A stretch of 48,127 nt of DNA from Thermoplasmatota archaeon (GCA_049472175.1 JBLIRF010000001.1:1-48127); one strand, 5' to 3'; shown: positions 27,346 to 35,660, numbered from the stretch's first letter. Translations and numbers: made by a program. The notes: generated by a model from the letters alone, not told the origin.

Positions 27346-27384
27346 TCAAGGTAGACAGCAGGCGGTTTGGTAGAGGTTGTGAAA

Positions 27385-27774
27385 ATGGATAAGGCGGAGA
27401 AGTTGACCATAAGACTGAACGCCGACCAGGTCGATGCGCTGGACTTCATGGTCGAGCACGGCCAGTACAAGACACGCTCCGATGCCCTCCGCGCTGCTCT
27501 AGACCTCTTGATAAAGGATCCAGAGGAGGATGTTGTCAACTCAGGTTTTACCGTGGACCTGCCAGATGTCATGATCGCGATGATCGACAAGTTGGTGGAC
27601 CTGGGTCATTTCCGCAGCAGGGACCACGGTTTGTTCGAACTTGTCCGGAACGGTCTGGACACGATCGATGTGGAAGAGGTCCAGCTCAAACAGAGGCGGA
27701 GATTGGAAATACTGGCAGAGAAGAAGACCTCGGACATTCTGGAGAATGTCTACCGCGATTATGTTAACCAATGA
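27385..27774 (+). CDS. Ribbon-helix-helix (CopG/Arc-like) DNA-binding protein that appears to carry two RHH-like modules
   Basis: Module 1 is KLTIRLNADQVDALDFMVEHGQYKTRSDALRAALDLLI. Module 2 is GFTVDLPDVMIAMIDKLVDLGHFRSRDHGLFELVRNGL. I prefer the ATG at 27385, which has GAGG upstream, over the ORF-track TTG at 27367. Confidence 0.6.
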   Translation: MDKAEKLTIRLNADQVDALDFMVEHGQYKTRSDALRAALDLLIKDPEEDVVNSGFTVDLPDVMIAMIDKLVDLGHFRSRDHGLFELVRNGLDTIDVEEVQLKQRRRLEILAEKKTSDILENVYRDYVNQ

Positions 27775-27824
27775 TCTAGACGAATGAACAAAAAGATGGG
27801 AAACGAAATGGGATGCACTCTGTA

Positions 27825-27877
27825 GGGGCCCGAAAACATTTTTTTCGGGGGAAACCGGGCCCCTAACTCCTTTTTTT
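27825..27877 (+). terminator. GC-rich hairpin plus T7 terminator after the RHH gene
   Basis: GGGGCCCG (27825-27832) pairs with CGGGCCCC (27856-27863). An alternative inner hairpin is CCCGAAAA/TTTTCGGG. A T7 run lies at 27871-27877. Confidence 0.5.
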
Positions 27878-27947
27878 CACTTAAAGTGACCTTGAATTCG
27901 ACATTCGATATAACAAGTTTTCATTATATGGTCCGTATTGAGCCTTT

Positions 27948-29252
27948 ATGGAAACCGAGGGGATCGGACGGAGGGCAGTCCTCATATGGATAACACCTGA
28001 CCATGCAAGGGTAAGTGAGATGCTGGAGCTATGCCGTTGTGCAGGGTATGATATCGTGGAACAGAGCGGTCAGTCCAGGGACGATCCTGACCCGCGATAT
28101 TACGTTGGTACGGGAAAGATCGATGAGGTCGGGGCTCTGGATGTCGATCACATCATCACTGCGGGTGACCTTACCCCGTCCCAGACATACTGCATCTCCC
28201 ACAGGACCGGAAAGAGGACAGCGGACAGGACCAGGGTGATCCTGGACATCTTCAGGAGAAATGCCAAAGGTCCAGAGGCCAGGATGCAGGTGGAGATCGC
28301 GGACCTGAGATATCAGCTCCCCGTCCTGAAGGAGTACATACATCAGGGGACGCTCTCCGAAAGGCCTGGGTTCATGGCAGGTGGAGAATACGCGGTCAAC
28401 TACTACCACGACATGATAAAGAAAAGGATGGCCTCTCTGAAGAGGAAGCTTGAGGAAGAGAGGAGCAGAAGAGGGCAGAAAAGAGCATCGAGGCGAAGAA
28501 AAGGTGTCTATCTTGTTTCCATAGCCGGATATACGAATGCGGGCAAATCCTCCCTTTTCAATGCCTTAATAACATCTCGCTCGGATCACAAGGCCACGGA
28601 GGTAGGAGGACAGATGTTCACCACCATTTCAACGACCACGAGGAAGATGAAAGGCAGCAGGGGATGCCTGATATCAGATACGGTGGGGTTCATAAAGGAC
28701 ATTCCTCCCTGGCTTGTGGAGGGTTTCATGTCAACCCTTGAAGAGATATTCGAAGCCGATGTTGTGGTCCTTGTCCTTGACGCATCAGAACTTCAACATG
28801 ATGCCTCACACAAACTCTCGGATTCCCTCGAGATCCTGAGAAAAGGTGGAACGAGAGGGAGGATCCTTCTCGCCCTGAACAAGATGGACCTCATACCGGA
28901 CCCTGTTTCAGAGGTCGATATGAGGGAAGGCATAATGAATATGCTTTCAAGTTCTGAAAGGTCCATGATCGATGCAGCCGTACCGATCTCCGCCCTGAAT
29001 GGTATGGGCCTCGGGGAGCTAATGGATATTATCGAGGAACTGCTGCCGTCTCTTATGAAGGTCAACATGATCATGCCATTTCCCGGTAACAACGAGGAAC
29101 TCGTGGCATCCTTGAGGAAGCATTCCACCATCATCGACGAGGGCTTTCACGATGGTTTACTGACCATCACGGCATTGATGGAGGAAAGGTGGGCGGGACA
29201 TTTCATGAAACACGTAGTGGAAGCAGGTGGGATCGCCAAACCTGAACGATAG
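27948..29252 (+). CDS. hflX: GTPase HflX
   Basis: The HflX N-terminal domain is followed by G1 GYTNAGKSSLFNAL, G3 DTVGFI and G4 NKMD. The TATA-like TTCATTATAT (27920-27929) is centred about 24 nt upstream of the ATG. Confidence 0.9.
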   Translation: METEGIGRRAVLIWITPDHARVSEMLELCRCAGYDIVEQSGQSRDDPDPRYYVGTGKIDEVGALDVDHIITAGDLTPSQTYCISHRTGKRTADRTRVILDIFRRNAKGPEARMQVEIADLRYQLPVLKEYIHQGTLSERPGFMAGGEYAVNYYHDMIKKRMASLKRKLEEERSRRGQKRASRRRKGVYLVSIAGYTNAGKSSLFNALITSRSDHKATEVGGQMFTTISTTTRKMKGSRGCLISDTVGFIKDIPPWLVEGFMSTLEEIFEADVVVLVLDASELQHDASHKLSDSLEILRKGGTRGRILLALNKMDLIPDPVSEVDMREGIMNMLSSSERSMIDAAVPISALNGMGLGELMDIIEELLPSLMKVNMIMPFPGNNEELVASLRKHSTIIDEGFHDGLLTITALMEERWAGHFMKHVVEAGGIAKPER

Positions 29253-29316
29253 AGCGGAGTGGTCCATAAAAAAGGTTAATATCCTGTACCTAATAAACGG
29301 GTACAGGTGCGCGTCC

Positions 29317-30186
29317 ATGAAAGCTATCATTCCTGCAGCAGGTCTCGGGACCCGGCTTCTCCCCATGACAAAGATACAACCGAAGGAAATGATGCCTATC
29401 CTGAACAAACCCGCCATCCAGTACGTCGTGGAGGAAGCCTCGTTCTCCGGTTTTGACCAGATACTCATCATCACCAACCGTAACAAGAAGATCATGGAGG
29501 ACCATTTCGACAAGAACATCGAACTGGAGATCGCCCTCAGGAAGAAGGGAGCGGAAAAGGCACTGAAGGAACTGGAAAGGATCGAGGGCCTTGCGGACCT
29601 GTTCTACCTTCGCCAGAAGGAGCAGAAAGGCCTTGGCGATGCGGTTCTGTGCGCAGAGAATTACGTGAGCAATGAATCCTTCGCAGTCCTCCTGGGGGAC
29701 GATATCATTATCTCGGAGGTTCCCGCTATCAGACAGCTGTGGGAGGCCCATCTGAGGGTCAATGCACCTGTCATCGGCCTCGAGGTCATACCTAAGGAAC
29801 ATGTTGAGAGATACGGTATAGTAGATCCGGGGGAAGAGGTCGAACCAGGGCTTTTCAAATTGAAAAGTGTCGTGGAGAAGCCGCCTTTAGAAGATGCTCC
29901 ATCGAACATGGCCATCATCGGCAGGTACATCCTTGATCCGCAGATCTTCTCATGGCTCCGGGTGTCCAGGAACGGAGTTGGTGGGGAGCTTCAGCTCACA
30001 GATTCCATATCCAGGTATATATCCTCGAAAGGACTTTTCGGCTTGTTGATCAAGGGCCACAGGGTCGATATAGGTTCGACTTCCGATTGGTTGAAAGCGA
30101 ACCTTGAAGTGGCCCTTCTGAACCCGGAACTGAGACCAAAGGTCTCGCAGTACTTCGATGATCTGAGGGCACAAGGACGCATATGA
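29317..30186 (+). CDS. galU: UTP--glucose-1-phosphate uridylyltransferase
   Basis: The product carries MKAIIPAAGLGTRLLPMTKIQPKEMMPI, LGDAV and VVEKPPLEDAPSNMAIIGRYIL. I chose the internal ATG at 29317 rather than the ORF-track start at 29227, which overlaps hflX and adds a non-homologous leader. Confidence 0.85.
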   Translation: MKAIIPAAGLGTRLLPMTKIQPKEMMPILNKPAIQYVVEEASFSGFDQILIITNRNKKIMEDHFDKNIELEIALRKKGAEKALKELERIEGLADLFYLRQKEQKGLGDAVLCAENYVSNESFAVLLGDDIIISEVPAIRQLWEAHLRVNAPVIGLEVIPKEHVERYGIVDPGEEVEPGLFKLKSVVEKPPLEDAPSNMAIIGRYILDPQIFSWLRVSRNGVGGELQLTDSISRYISSKGLFGLLIKGHRVDIGSTSDWLKANLEVALLNPELRPKVSQYFDDLRAQGRI

Positions 30187-31017
30187 TCAGGGACGGAACT
30201 CGAAACCGTTCACCAAACTGATGTTCCCATCCGGCATGAGACGGGCTTCCCTGAAGAATACGATCGATCCATCCATTTCATGGTCCACGGGCAACGAGGG
30301 GAGGGTCTCCCAGGGGATATGGACCGGGAGAGGGCAGTCTCCCGATTCAAGGACATCCTTCCCCAAATCGAAAAGGACCAGTGGAGGGTCAATGACCATT
30401 ATGTCCCCGCATCCCAGGGAGGTCTCATCCCTCCAACCCGGAATGACCGCTCCGGGCCCGTTCAAAAGAGAGTCCAGTTCAGCAACAAGGGATGGGAGGG
30501 GGAGCTTCCCGATCTCCTCCGGATATACGTATACACTGCCATCGGAGCATTGAGATGGAATGCACATCCTCAGGACAAATGGAGTTCGGGCCGTGAAACC
30601 CCCTGACAACAGGGAGATCTTTCGGGAGAGCGATCCGTTCAACCCAACCGGGCTCAGAGGGGGGAGGCTGGGAATTATCCACGATCCGGTCGCTGCCATT
30701 GAAAGGTGCTCACCTCTCCTTATCGATAATGCACCTGGTCTTACTTCGATGTCGAAATACCCTTCGTTCACCGAGGAAGGCAAAACAATGCTCCCATCAT
30801 CAATGGCCCCGCCATCCCCGAACGTTATCTTCATGGATGATCCAGCTTCTTTGAGATGGAGGGTGTTTATCAACAGACCAAGCTCACTCGAGATCTCCTT
30901 CATCCGTTCGAGCGGTTCTTGCTCCATCCTTCCGACAAGGGATCCCCCGAAAAGACCCGCAAGAACGAGTACCGAAAGCATAAGGCCTGCCCTGAACAGC
31001 ATATCCTGATCTATCAT
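30187..31017 (-). CDS. Hypothetical secreted or membrane-anchored protein
   Basis: The ORF is open to 31254. The only N-terminal signal-anchor, MIDQDMLFRAGLMLSVLVLAGLFGGSLVG, begins at the ATG at 31017 or 31002. Using either start removes the 150-200 nt overlap with the divergent gene. No family was recognised. Confidence 0.45.
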   Translation of the reverse strand: MIDQDMLFRAGLMLSVLVLAGLFGGSLVGRMEQEPLERMKEISSELGLLINTLHLKEAGSSMKITFGDGGAIDDGSIVLPSSVNEGYFDIEVRPGALSIRRGEHLSMAATGSWIIPSLPPLSPVGLNGSLSRKISLLSGGFTARTPFVLRMCIPSQCSDGSVYVYPEEIGKLPLPSLVAELDSLLNGPGAVIPGWRDETSLGCGDIMVIDPPLVLFDLGKDVLESGDCPLPVHIPWETLPSLPVDHEMDGSIVFFREARLMPDGNISLVNGFEFRP

Positions 31018-31102
31018 CGCACTCGGGGGGTACAATGTTCTGATAGGATAAATTATGTTCGGCTGCGTGAAATCTAAATATCTACCGGTCCTTCCCGACT
31101 TC

Positions 31103-31798
31103 ATGTCACCGAAGAGGGGGCTGGGGGGAACGGTTTCGAGCGGTATCACCGCACTTGATGGTTCGTTGGAGAAAAGAGGTTTCAAGAAAGGCTCCATCAT
31201 CCTATATGTCGGGGACCCTGGTTCCAGGAAGGACCTTTTCGGATACTCGTTCATATTAGATGGCCTCGAGAAGGGGGAGAGGGTGGCTTTCTATGATGTG
31301 GAGGCCTCGAGCGACGAGATCCTCGAGATCATACAGGAGAATGTGAGCCAGGAGCTCCTTCAGAACCTTGATTTCATGGACGCCTGCCCTGAATATTCGA
31401 AGTTCTTCATAAACGCGGTCCCGGCAAGGATCATAGAGCATATGAGGATGCTGCCCGAGGACAGGGTCAACCGGGTACTCATCAATCCTCTGACCTTCTT
31501 TCTTGAAAAGTTCGGGATCCCCGACACCGACGACCTCATCATAATGGTAAGGGAGATCGCAATGCAGAAAGGGATCGTCGTGGTATTCCTGATGGCCGAT
31601 ATACTTGGAGAGCGGGAGATGCAGTCGGTGATCGATAAGTTCGATGGGATCCTCGAGCTGAGATCGACCCGCATCATTGATGGGATATACCATACATTGA
31701 CCGTGAACAAGTTCTCCCTCGAGCAAAAGAGCATCCAGCTGTCCTACAATATCGTCGGCAACAAGATACAGGTCACAAGCACCGGGAAGATAATATAG
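31103..31798 (+). CDS. KaiC/RecA-superfamily (archaeal ATPase-domain) protein with degenerate Walker A and B motifs
   Basis: The N-terminal region reads SSGITALDGSLEKRGFKKGSIILYVGDPGSRKDLFGYSFILDGLEKGERVAFYDVEASSDEI. At the Walker A position it has GDPGSRKD (31211-31234) instead of GxxGxGK[ST]. At the Walker B position it has VLINPLT instead of hhhhD. The start is ATG at 31103 or 31055. Confidence 0.55.
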   Translation: MSPKRGLGGTVSSGITALDGSLEKRGFKKGSIILYVGDPGSRKDLFGYSFILDGLEKGERVAFYDVEASSDEILEIIQENVSQELLQNLDFMDACPEYSKFFINAVPARIIEHMRMLPEDRVNRVLINPLTFFLEKFGIPDTDDLIIMVREIAMQKGIVVVFLMADILGEREMQSVIDKFDGILELRSTRIIDGIYHTLTVNKFSLEQKSIQLSYNIVGNKIQVTSTGKII

Positions 31799-31821
31799 GG
31801 TCTGTTCACTGACGGCCGCCA

Positions 31822-32580
31822 TCAATCAGAGCTGCCGGTCAGATCAGATGCTTTCTCGAAAAAACTGTCCGCTTCATGGTATACTTCGAGAGATCCTATA
31901 TCGAACCAGTTACCGGAGAACCTCCAGGCATGAACAGGTTTCTTCCTGACCAGATAATCCACGAAATGACCCAGAGCATCCGGTTTCCCTCCCTCATCAA
32001 TATATTTCAGGACAAGGGACATGGTATCTCCAGTGAAGATATAGAACGCAGTAGCGGCGAGCGTGGAGGGGGGATTATCTGGTTTCTCGAGAAAACCGGT
32101 GATGACCCCGTCATCATCCACATCCACTATCCCGTAAAGCCTAGCCCTTTCCTTTGTCCCTACATCATGGACGGCCACAAGGTCCATATCGATCTCCCGG
32201 AACCTCTCCACAGCTTCTGATGGATGGAACTCGAAGATGTTGTCCCCGCCGATTATCATCGTATCCCTTGAAAGTCGTTCCTTTCTTATCAGGTAACCAA
32301 GACCACCCACGGAGCCGAGTTTCTTTTCCTCCGCGGTGGAAGGCTCTATCACGAGCTTGATCTTTTCGTCGCCATGATCACTTAAAAAAAACCTGAAATT
32401 CTCCTCGAATACCTCGTTGGTGGACAAGAACACATTCTCCAGGCAATCCATATCCTTCAATTTATCCAGGGTGTAACTTATCATGGGCTTCCCCGCAATG
32501 GGCAGAAGTTGTTTGGGTCTGTCCCTGGTCAGAGGCCACATTCTCCTCGCGAAACCACCGGCAAGGACGATGACGTCCAT
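31822..32580 (-). CDS. Sugar-phosphate nucleotidyltransferase (NTP_transferase family)
   Basis: The product begins MDVIVLAGGFARRMWPLTRDRPKQLLPIAGKPMISY and contains GGDNIF. I prefer the ATG at 32580 over 32616, which avoids overlap with the upstream phosphatase gene. Confidence 0.8.
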   Translation of the reverse strand: MDVIVLAGGFARRMWPLTRDRPKQLLPIAGKPMISYTLDKLKDMDCLENVFLSTNEVFEENFRFFLSDHGDEKIKLVIEPSTAEEKKLGSVGGLGYLIRKERLSRDTMIIGGDNIFEFHPSEAVERFREIDMDLVAVHDVGTKERARLYGIVDVDDDGVITGFLEKPDNPPSTLAATAFYIFTGDTMSLVLKYIDEGGKPDALGHFVDYLVRKKPVHAWRFSGNWFDIGSLEVYHEADSFFEKASDLTGSSD

Positions 32581-32587
32581 CCCTGGT

Positions 32588-33142
32588 TCAGCTTCCTCTC
32601 TCTGCCTTCCATTCATATATCATCCTCTCCTGCTGCGAGGTCTGTATCGAACCGCTCCTCCTGCTTCTTACAAGCGTTATCGCCTCGGAGGGGGATAAGC
32701 CCTTATCGACAAGAAACAGGGCTATCATGGTCCCGGTCCTTCCGATCCCCGCTGCACAATGGACCATGACAGGCCCATCCTGTGCCGAGACGATCCTTAT
32801 GGCCTCCCTCACCTGGTCCCGGGTCGGTACTGACATGTCCACCACAGGAATATGATAACACATGATCCCAGACCCTTCGGACCACTCCCCGGGCCATGGA
32901 CTCTCAGAGAGATTGATCGAAACCCCTATCCCCTCGAACCTTTTTAGGAATTCAAGATATTCAAGGTCCGGCGGATAGACCGATGCCATCAGTTTCCCTG
33001 GGACTATCCAGTCATATGGCACTAATCCGTACCTTGACCACCCGAGAACCTTTTCCTGTGACATCTTCATTATATCTTCTCCGAATCCCAGAGACCGACA
33101 TGACCCGGCCGTCCGATATGAATTCCAATACCTGGTTCCCAT
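32588..33142 (-). CDS. Dual-specificity / protein-tyrosine phosphatase (CX5R)
   Basis: The active-site loop is VHCAAGIGRTGTMIA. An alternative start at 33070 (MKMSQEK), preceded by GGAG, would give a more typical 160-aa protein. Confidence 0.8.
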   Translation of the reverse strand: MGTRYWNSYRTAGSCRSLGFGEDIMKMSQEKVLGWSRYGLVPYDWIVPGKLMASVYPPDLEYLEFLKRFEGIGVSINLSESPWPGEWSEGSGIMCYHIPVVDMSVPTRDQVREAIRIVSAQDGPVMVHCAAGIGRTGTMIALFLVDKGLSPSEAITLVRSRRSGSIQTSQQERMIYEWKAERGS

Positions 33143-33209
33143 ATAAACATTACCTGAGAAGGCTCCTTACCTGGAAAAGTGATAAGTATGCATATATTAT
33201 GAAGTTCTC

Positions 33210-34052
33210 GTGCGAAGAATAACCGTATACGAACCGGGCAGTTCCTTTCCTTCCGTTTCAGTAACGGGAACAAGATGCGCCCTTTCATGTGACCACTGCT
33301 GTGGAAAATACCTCAAGGGAATGAAGGATGTTTCGCAAAAAGGGGCACTGTACAATTTCGGGATCGATCTGTGGGAAAGGAATGGATCGGGAATTCTGGT
33401 TTCTGGAGGGTGCGATCCTTTCGGTGCCGTGGACCTTCCACCTCATACATTCGAAGATATCAGGAAGCTGAAGGAAGAGACCGGTCTTCTGATCAACCTG
33501 CATTGCGGGCTTGTCGGGGAAAGGGTGGCGTCTTCAATATCGACCTCCGGTGTCGACAAGGTATCATTCGACCTTGTATACGATGATATAACCATCAGAG
33601 ATGTCCTTCATCTTGACAGGAGAAAAGAGGATTTCGCAGATACATTGAGGGTACTGATGAGAAAGGGCGTCGACGTGGTTCCCCATATACTTGCCGGTCT
33701 TGACAGAGGAAAGATATCCTGGGAATATGAAGCAGTTGACGTGCTCTCCAAAATGAACGTGGATACCGTGGTCCTTCTCATACTGATACCCACAAAAGGG
33801 ACCCCATTTCAGAGATCACCGCCCCCACCCTCCAGTGACATCCTGGACCTGGCCGCGAGGATGAGGAATGTCCTGAAAGGAAGATTGGTACTTGGCTGCA
33901 TGAGACCGAAGGGGTACTCCGGGATCGAGGTCAAATTGCTCAAGATGGGGTTCGACGGGATCGTACTTCCCGGAAGGTCGACCCTCAGATGGATGGATTC
34001 GGAGTGTCCTATCGTGGAAAGGAAGTCCGTATGCTGCTCCATGGACCGATGA
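33210..34052 (+). CDS. Radical SAM protein of unassigned subfamily
   Basis: The CX3CX2C cluster motif CALSCDHC lies near the N-terminus. The glycine-rich segment ILVSGGCDP is present. The product is about 280 aa with a TIM-barrel-like pattern. The start is GTG. Confidence 0.75.
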   Translation: MRRITVYEPGSSFPSVSVTGTRCALSCDHCCGKYLKGMKDVSQKGALYNFGIDLWERNGSGILVSGGCDPFGAVDLPPHTFEDIRKLKEETGLLINLHCGLVGERVASSISTSGVDKVSFDLVYDDITIRDVLHLDRRKEDFADTLRVLMRKGVDVVPHILAGLDRGKISWEYEAVDVLSKMNVDTVVLLILIPTKGTPFQRSPPPPSSDILDLAARMRNVLKGRLVLGCMRPKGYSGIEVKLLKMGFDGIVLPGRSTLRWMDSECPIVERKSVCCSMDR

Positions 34053-34166
34053 TTCCATGGAAATCGAATAACACCCATATTTTATTATAAAACCATAACG
34101 ATTGATACCCAATAATCAGATTTCCGACCTATCGGATGAACTTGTTCCAGTTAATGGTGATGAACT

Positions 34167-35660
34167 TTGAGGACTTTTACTTTGTATGGCCCTAAGGTCT
34201 ATTCAATTATCCTTTTCAGACCCGAGAAGGGAAAGGAAAAGCAGATCCTCGAGTTCCTCAGGACGAATTACCCGAACACATCTGGGATAAAATGCGATCC
34301 CTCGATAAAAGAGGATATGGTCTTGATAGAGCTATCCACAGAGGTCCAGCCTGATGCAAGAGGTCCTGTTGAGGTCTCCCCTGACCTTATCAAGATGAAG
34401 TACGACGAGATCACGGCATACAGGAAATCGATAATTGAAAAACTGCACCCCCACATGAACAATAAGGGCTCTACCCATTTCTACAACCTTTTCGTTTGTG
34501 CAAGCAACGAGAAGGTCTGGCTCCGGACCTACTCGGACATATCTTTCCTTTACAAGGAAAGGGATCGAATGGAGGAGGACTTGGACCTCCTGCAATCCAA
34601 TATTTCCTATCTGAACCGCATCATGAACAGGACGGAGCAGCTCATGATCAATTCCATCCAGCATGGAAAGATCTCATCCTCCCTTTATGTCATGGGTCAA
34701 CCGCAGGGGGGGACAAAGGACATCCTCTCACACGATATGGTCCTCGAACTGGATATGGGCGATATCAGGTCCCTCGGAACCTATGGGGATTTTCCCATAC
34801 AAATATCGGCCAATTCTCCATACGGCAGAGAAAGCCCGAATGAAAAGACGCTCTACCAGATCAGGCAGACATACCTCATAAATATGATGGCCATCAAATC
34901 CAAGCTTATCGATCTTTTCATAATACTTTCCAAATTCAACGATCTAAAGAGGACGGAGCTAAAGGACATACTCTCCAACGGAAAGGACCTCAAGGACCAG
35001 ATCTTCCAGCTACAGAACAATATCCATACCCACATGCAGATCTACACTCCGACGGCCAGGGTGAAGAAGAAAAAGAAGGAGAAGGACTTCCTTGAACGGG
35101 AGAGTTTCGAGACAGAAAAAGAGCTGCTCACGAGAGCTTCTATCAGGTTCTCCCTCGTTTCCGAGGTCGAGCATCAGATAATGAGATACTCCTCCAAAAT
35201 GCAGGATATGTATCAGGGAGTTGCAGAGGTCGCCTCATCGATCTCCCTGAGAGGGCAAACTGCGTCGATCGATGACCTGTCGCAGACGATCGGAGGTATC
35301 ATGCAGAGGAGCATCGAGACCACAAGACGCGACCTTAACATCCTGCTTGAAGAACTTTCCCATTCCAGGGATATCCTTTCCTCCACGATCGAGGTACTGC
35401 GGACCTTCATCGACACCAGACAGCGAGAGGTCTCCGAGGAGATGAGCCGATTGATGAACGTCCTGTTCCTGGTCTTCGCCTGCATCGGACTGGCGGATGC
35501 ATTGGGTAATTTCGTCATACTGGCTATCGAATACATTTTCTTCGATGATCCAACCGTCAGTGAGGTCCTTGAATGGTCTTCCTTCGGACTCATGATTACG
35601 CTTCTTCCATTGCTTATTGCTGTCATCTTCCTTGTCATGTTCTTCAGTAAGAGAAAATGA
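34167..35660 (+). CDS. Hypothetical coiled-coil protein with a C-terminal two-helix membrane hairpin (CorA-like topology)
   Basis: The 497-aa product has long heptad-like stretches. Its C-terminus is EEMSRLMNVLFLVFACIGLADALGNFVILAIEYIFF-DDPTVSEVLEWSS-FGLMITLLPLLIAVIFLVMFF-SKRK. The start is TTG, with GGTGA 9 nt upstream, and is uncertain. Confidence 0.5.
   Translation: MRTFTLYGPKVYSIILFRPEKGKEKQILEFLRTNYPNTSGIKCDPSIKEDMVLIELSTEVQPDARGPVEVSPDLIKMKYDEITAYRKSIIEKLHPHMNNKGSTHFYNLFVCASNEKVWLRTYSDISFLYKERDRMEEDLDLLQSNISYLNRIMNRTEQLMINSIQHGKISSSLYVMGQPQGGTKDILSHDMVLELDMGDIRSLGTYGDFPIQISANSPYGRESPNEKTLYQIRQTYLINMMAIKSKLIDLFIILSKFNDLKRTELKDILSNGKDLKDQIFQLQNNIHTHMQIYTPTARVKKKKKEKDFLERESFETEKELLTRASIRFSLVSEVEHQIMRYSSKMQDMYQGVAEVASSISLRGQTASIDDLSQTIGGIMQRSIETTRRDLNILLEELSHSRDILSSTIEVLRTFIDTRQREVSEEMSRLMNVLFLVFACIGLADALGNFVILAIEYIFFDDPTVSEVLEWSSFGLMITLLPLLIAVIFLVMFFSKRK

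Noticed and set aside
27213-27590. A 125-aa minus-strand ORF overlapping the RHH gene and its promoter
   Set aside because: The plus-strand RHH frame has a clear fold signature, its own operator and TATA box, and a terminator. The antisense ORF would run through the DP1 promoter and has no features.
29290-29802. A 170-aa ORF antisense to galU
   Set aside because: galU motifs are clear on the plus strand. The antisense ORF has no features.
31256-31825. A 189-aa ORF (and a 124-aa ORF) antisense to the KaiC-like gene
   Set aside because: The plus-strand frame aligns to the KaiC/RecA ATPase-domain family. The minus-strand translation is Asp/His/Leu-rich, has no motif, and would collide with the downstream convergent gene.
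4872-35660. A link between the DHH-like protein and the CorA-like membrane protein, as in CorA/NrN-type effectors of type III CRISPR systems
   Set aside because: The two genes are about 27 kb apart on a housekeeping backbone. No cas genes, CRISPR repeats or cyclase/CARF-like domains are visible, so the idea is unsupported.
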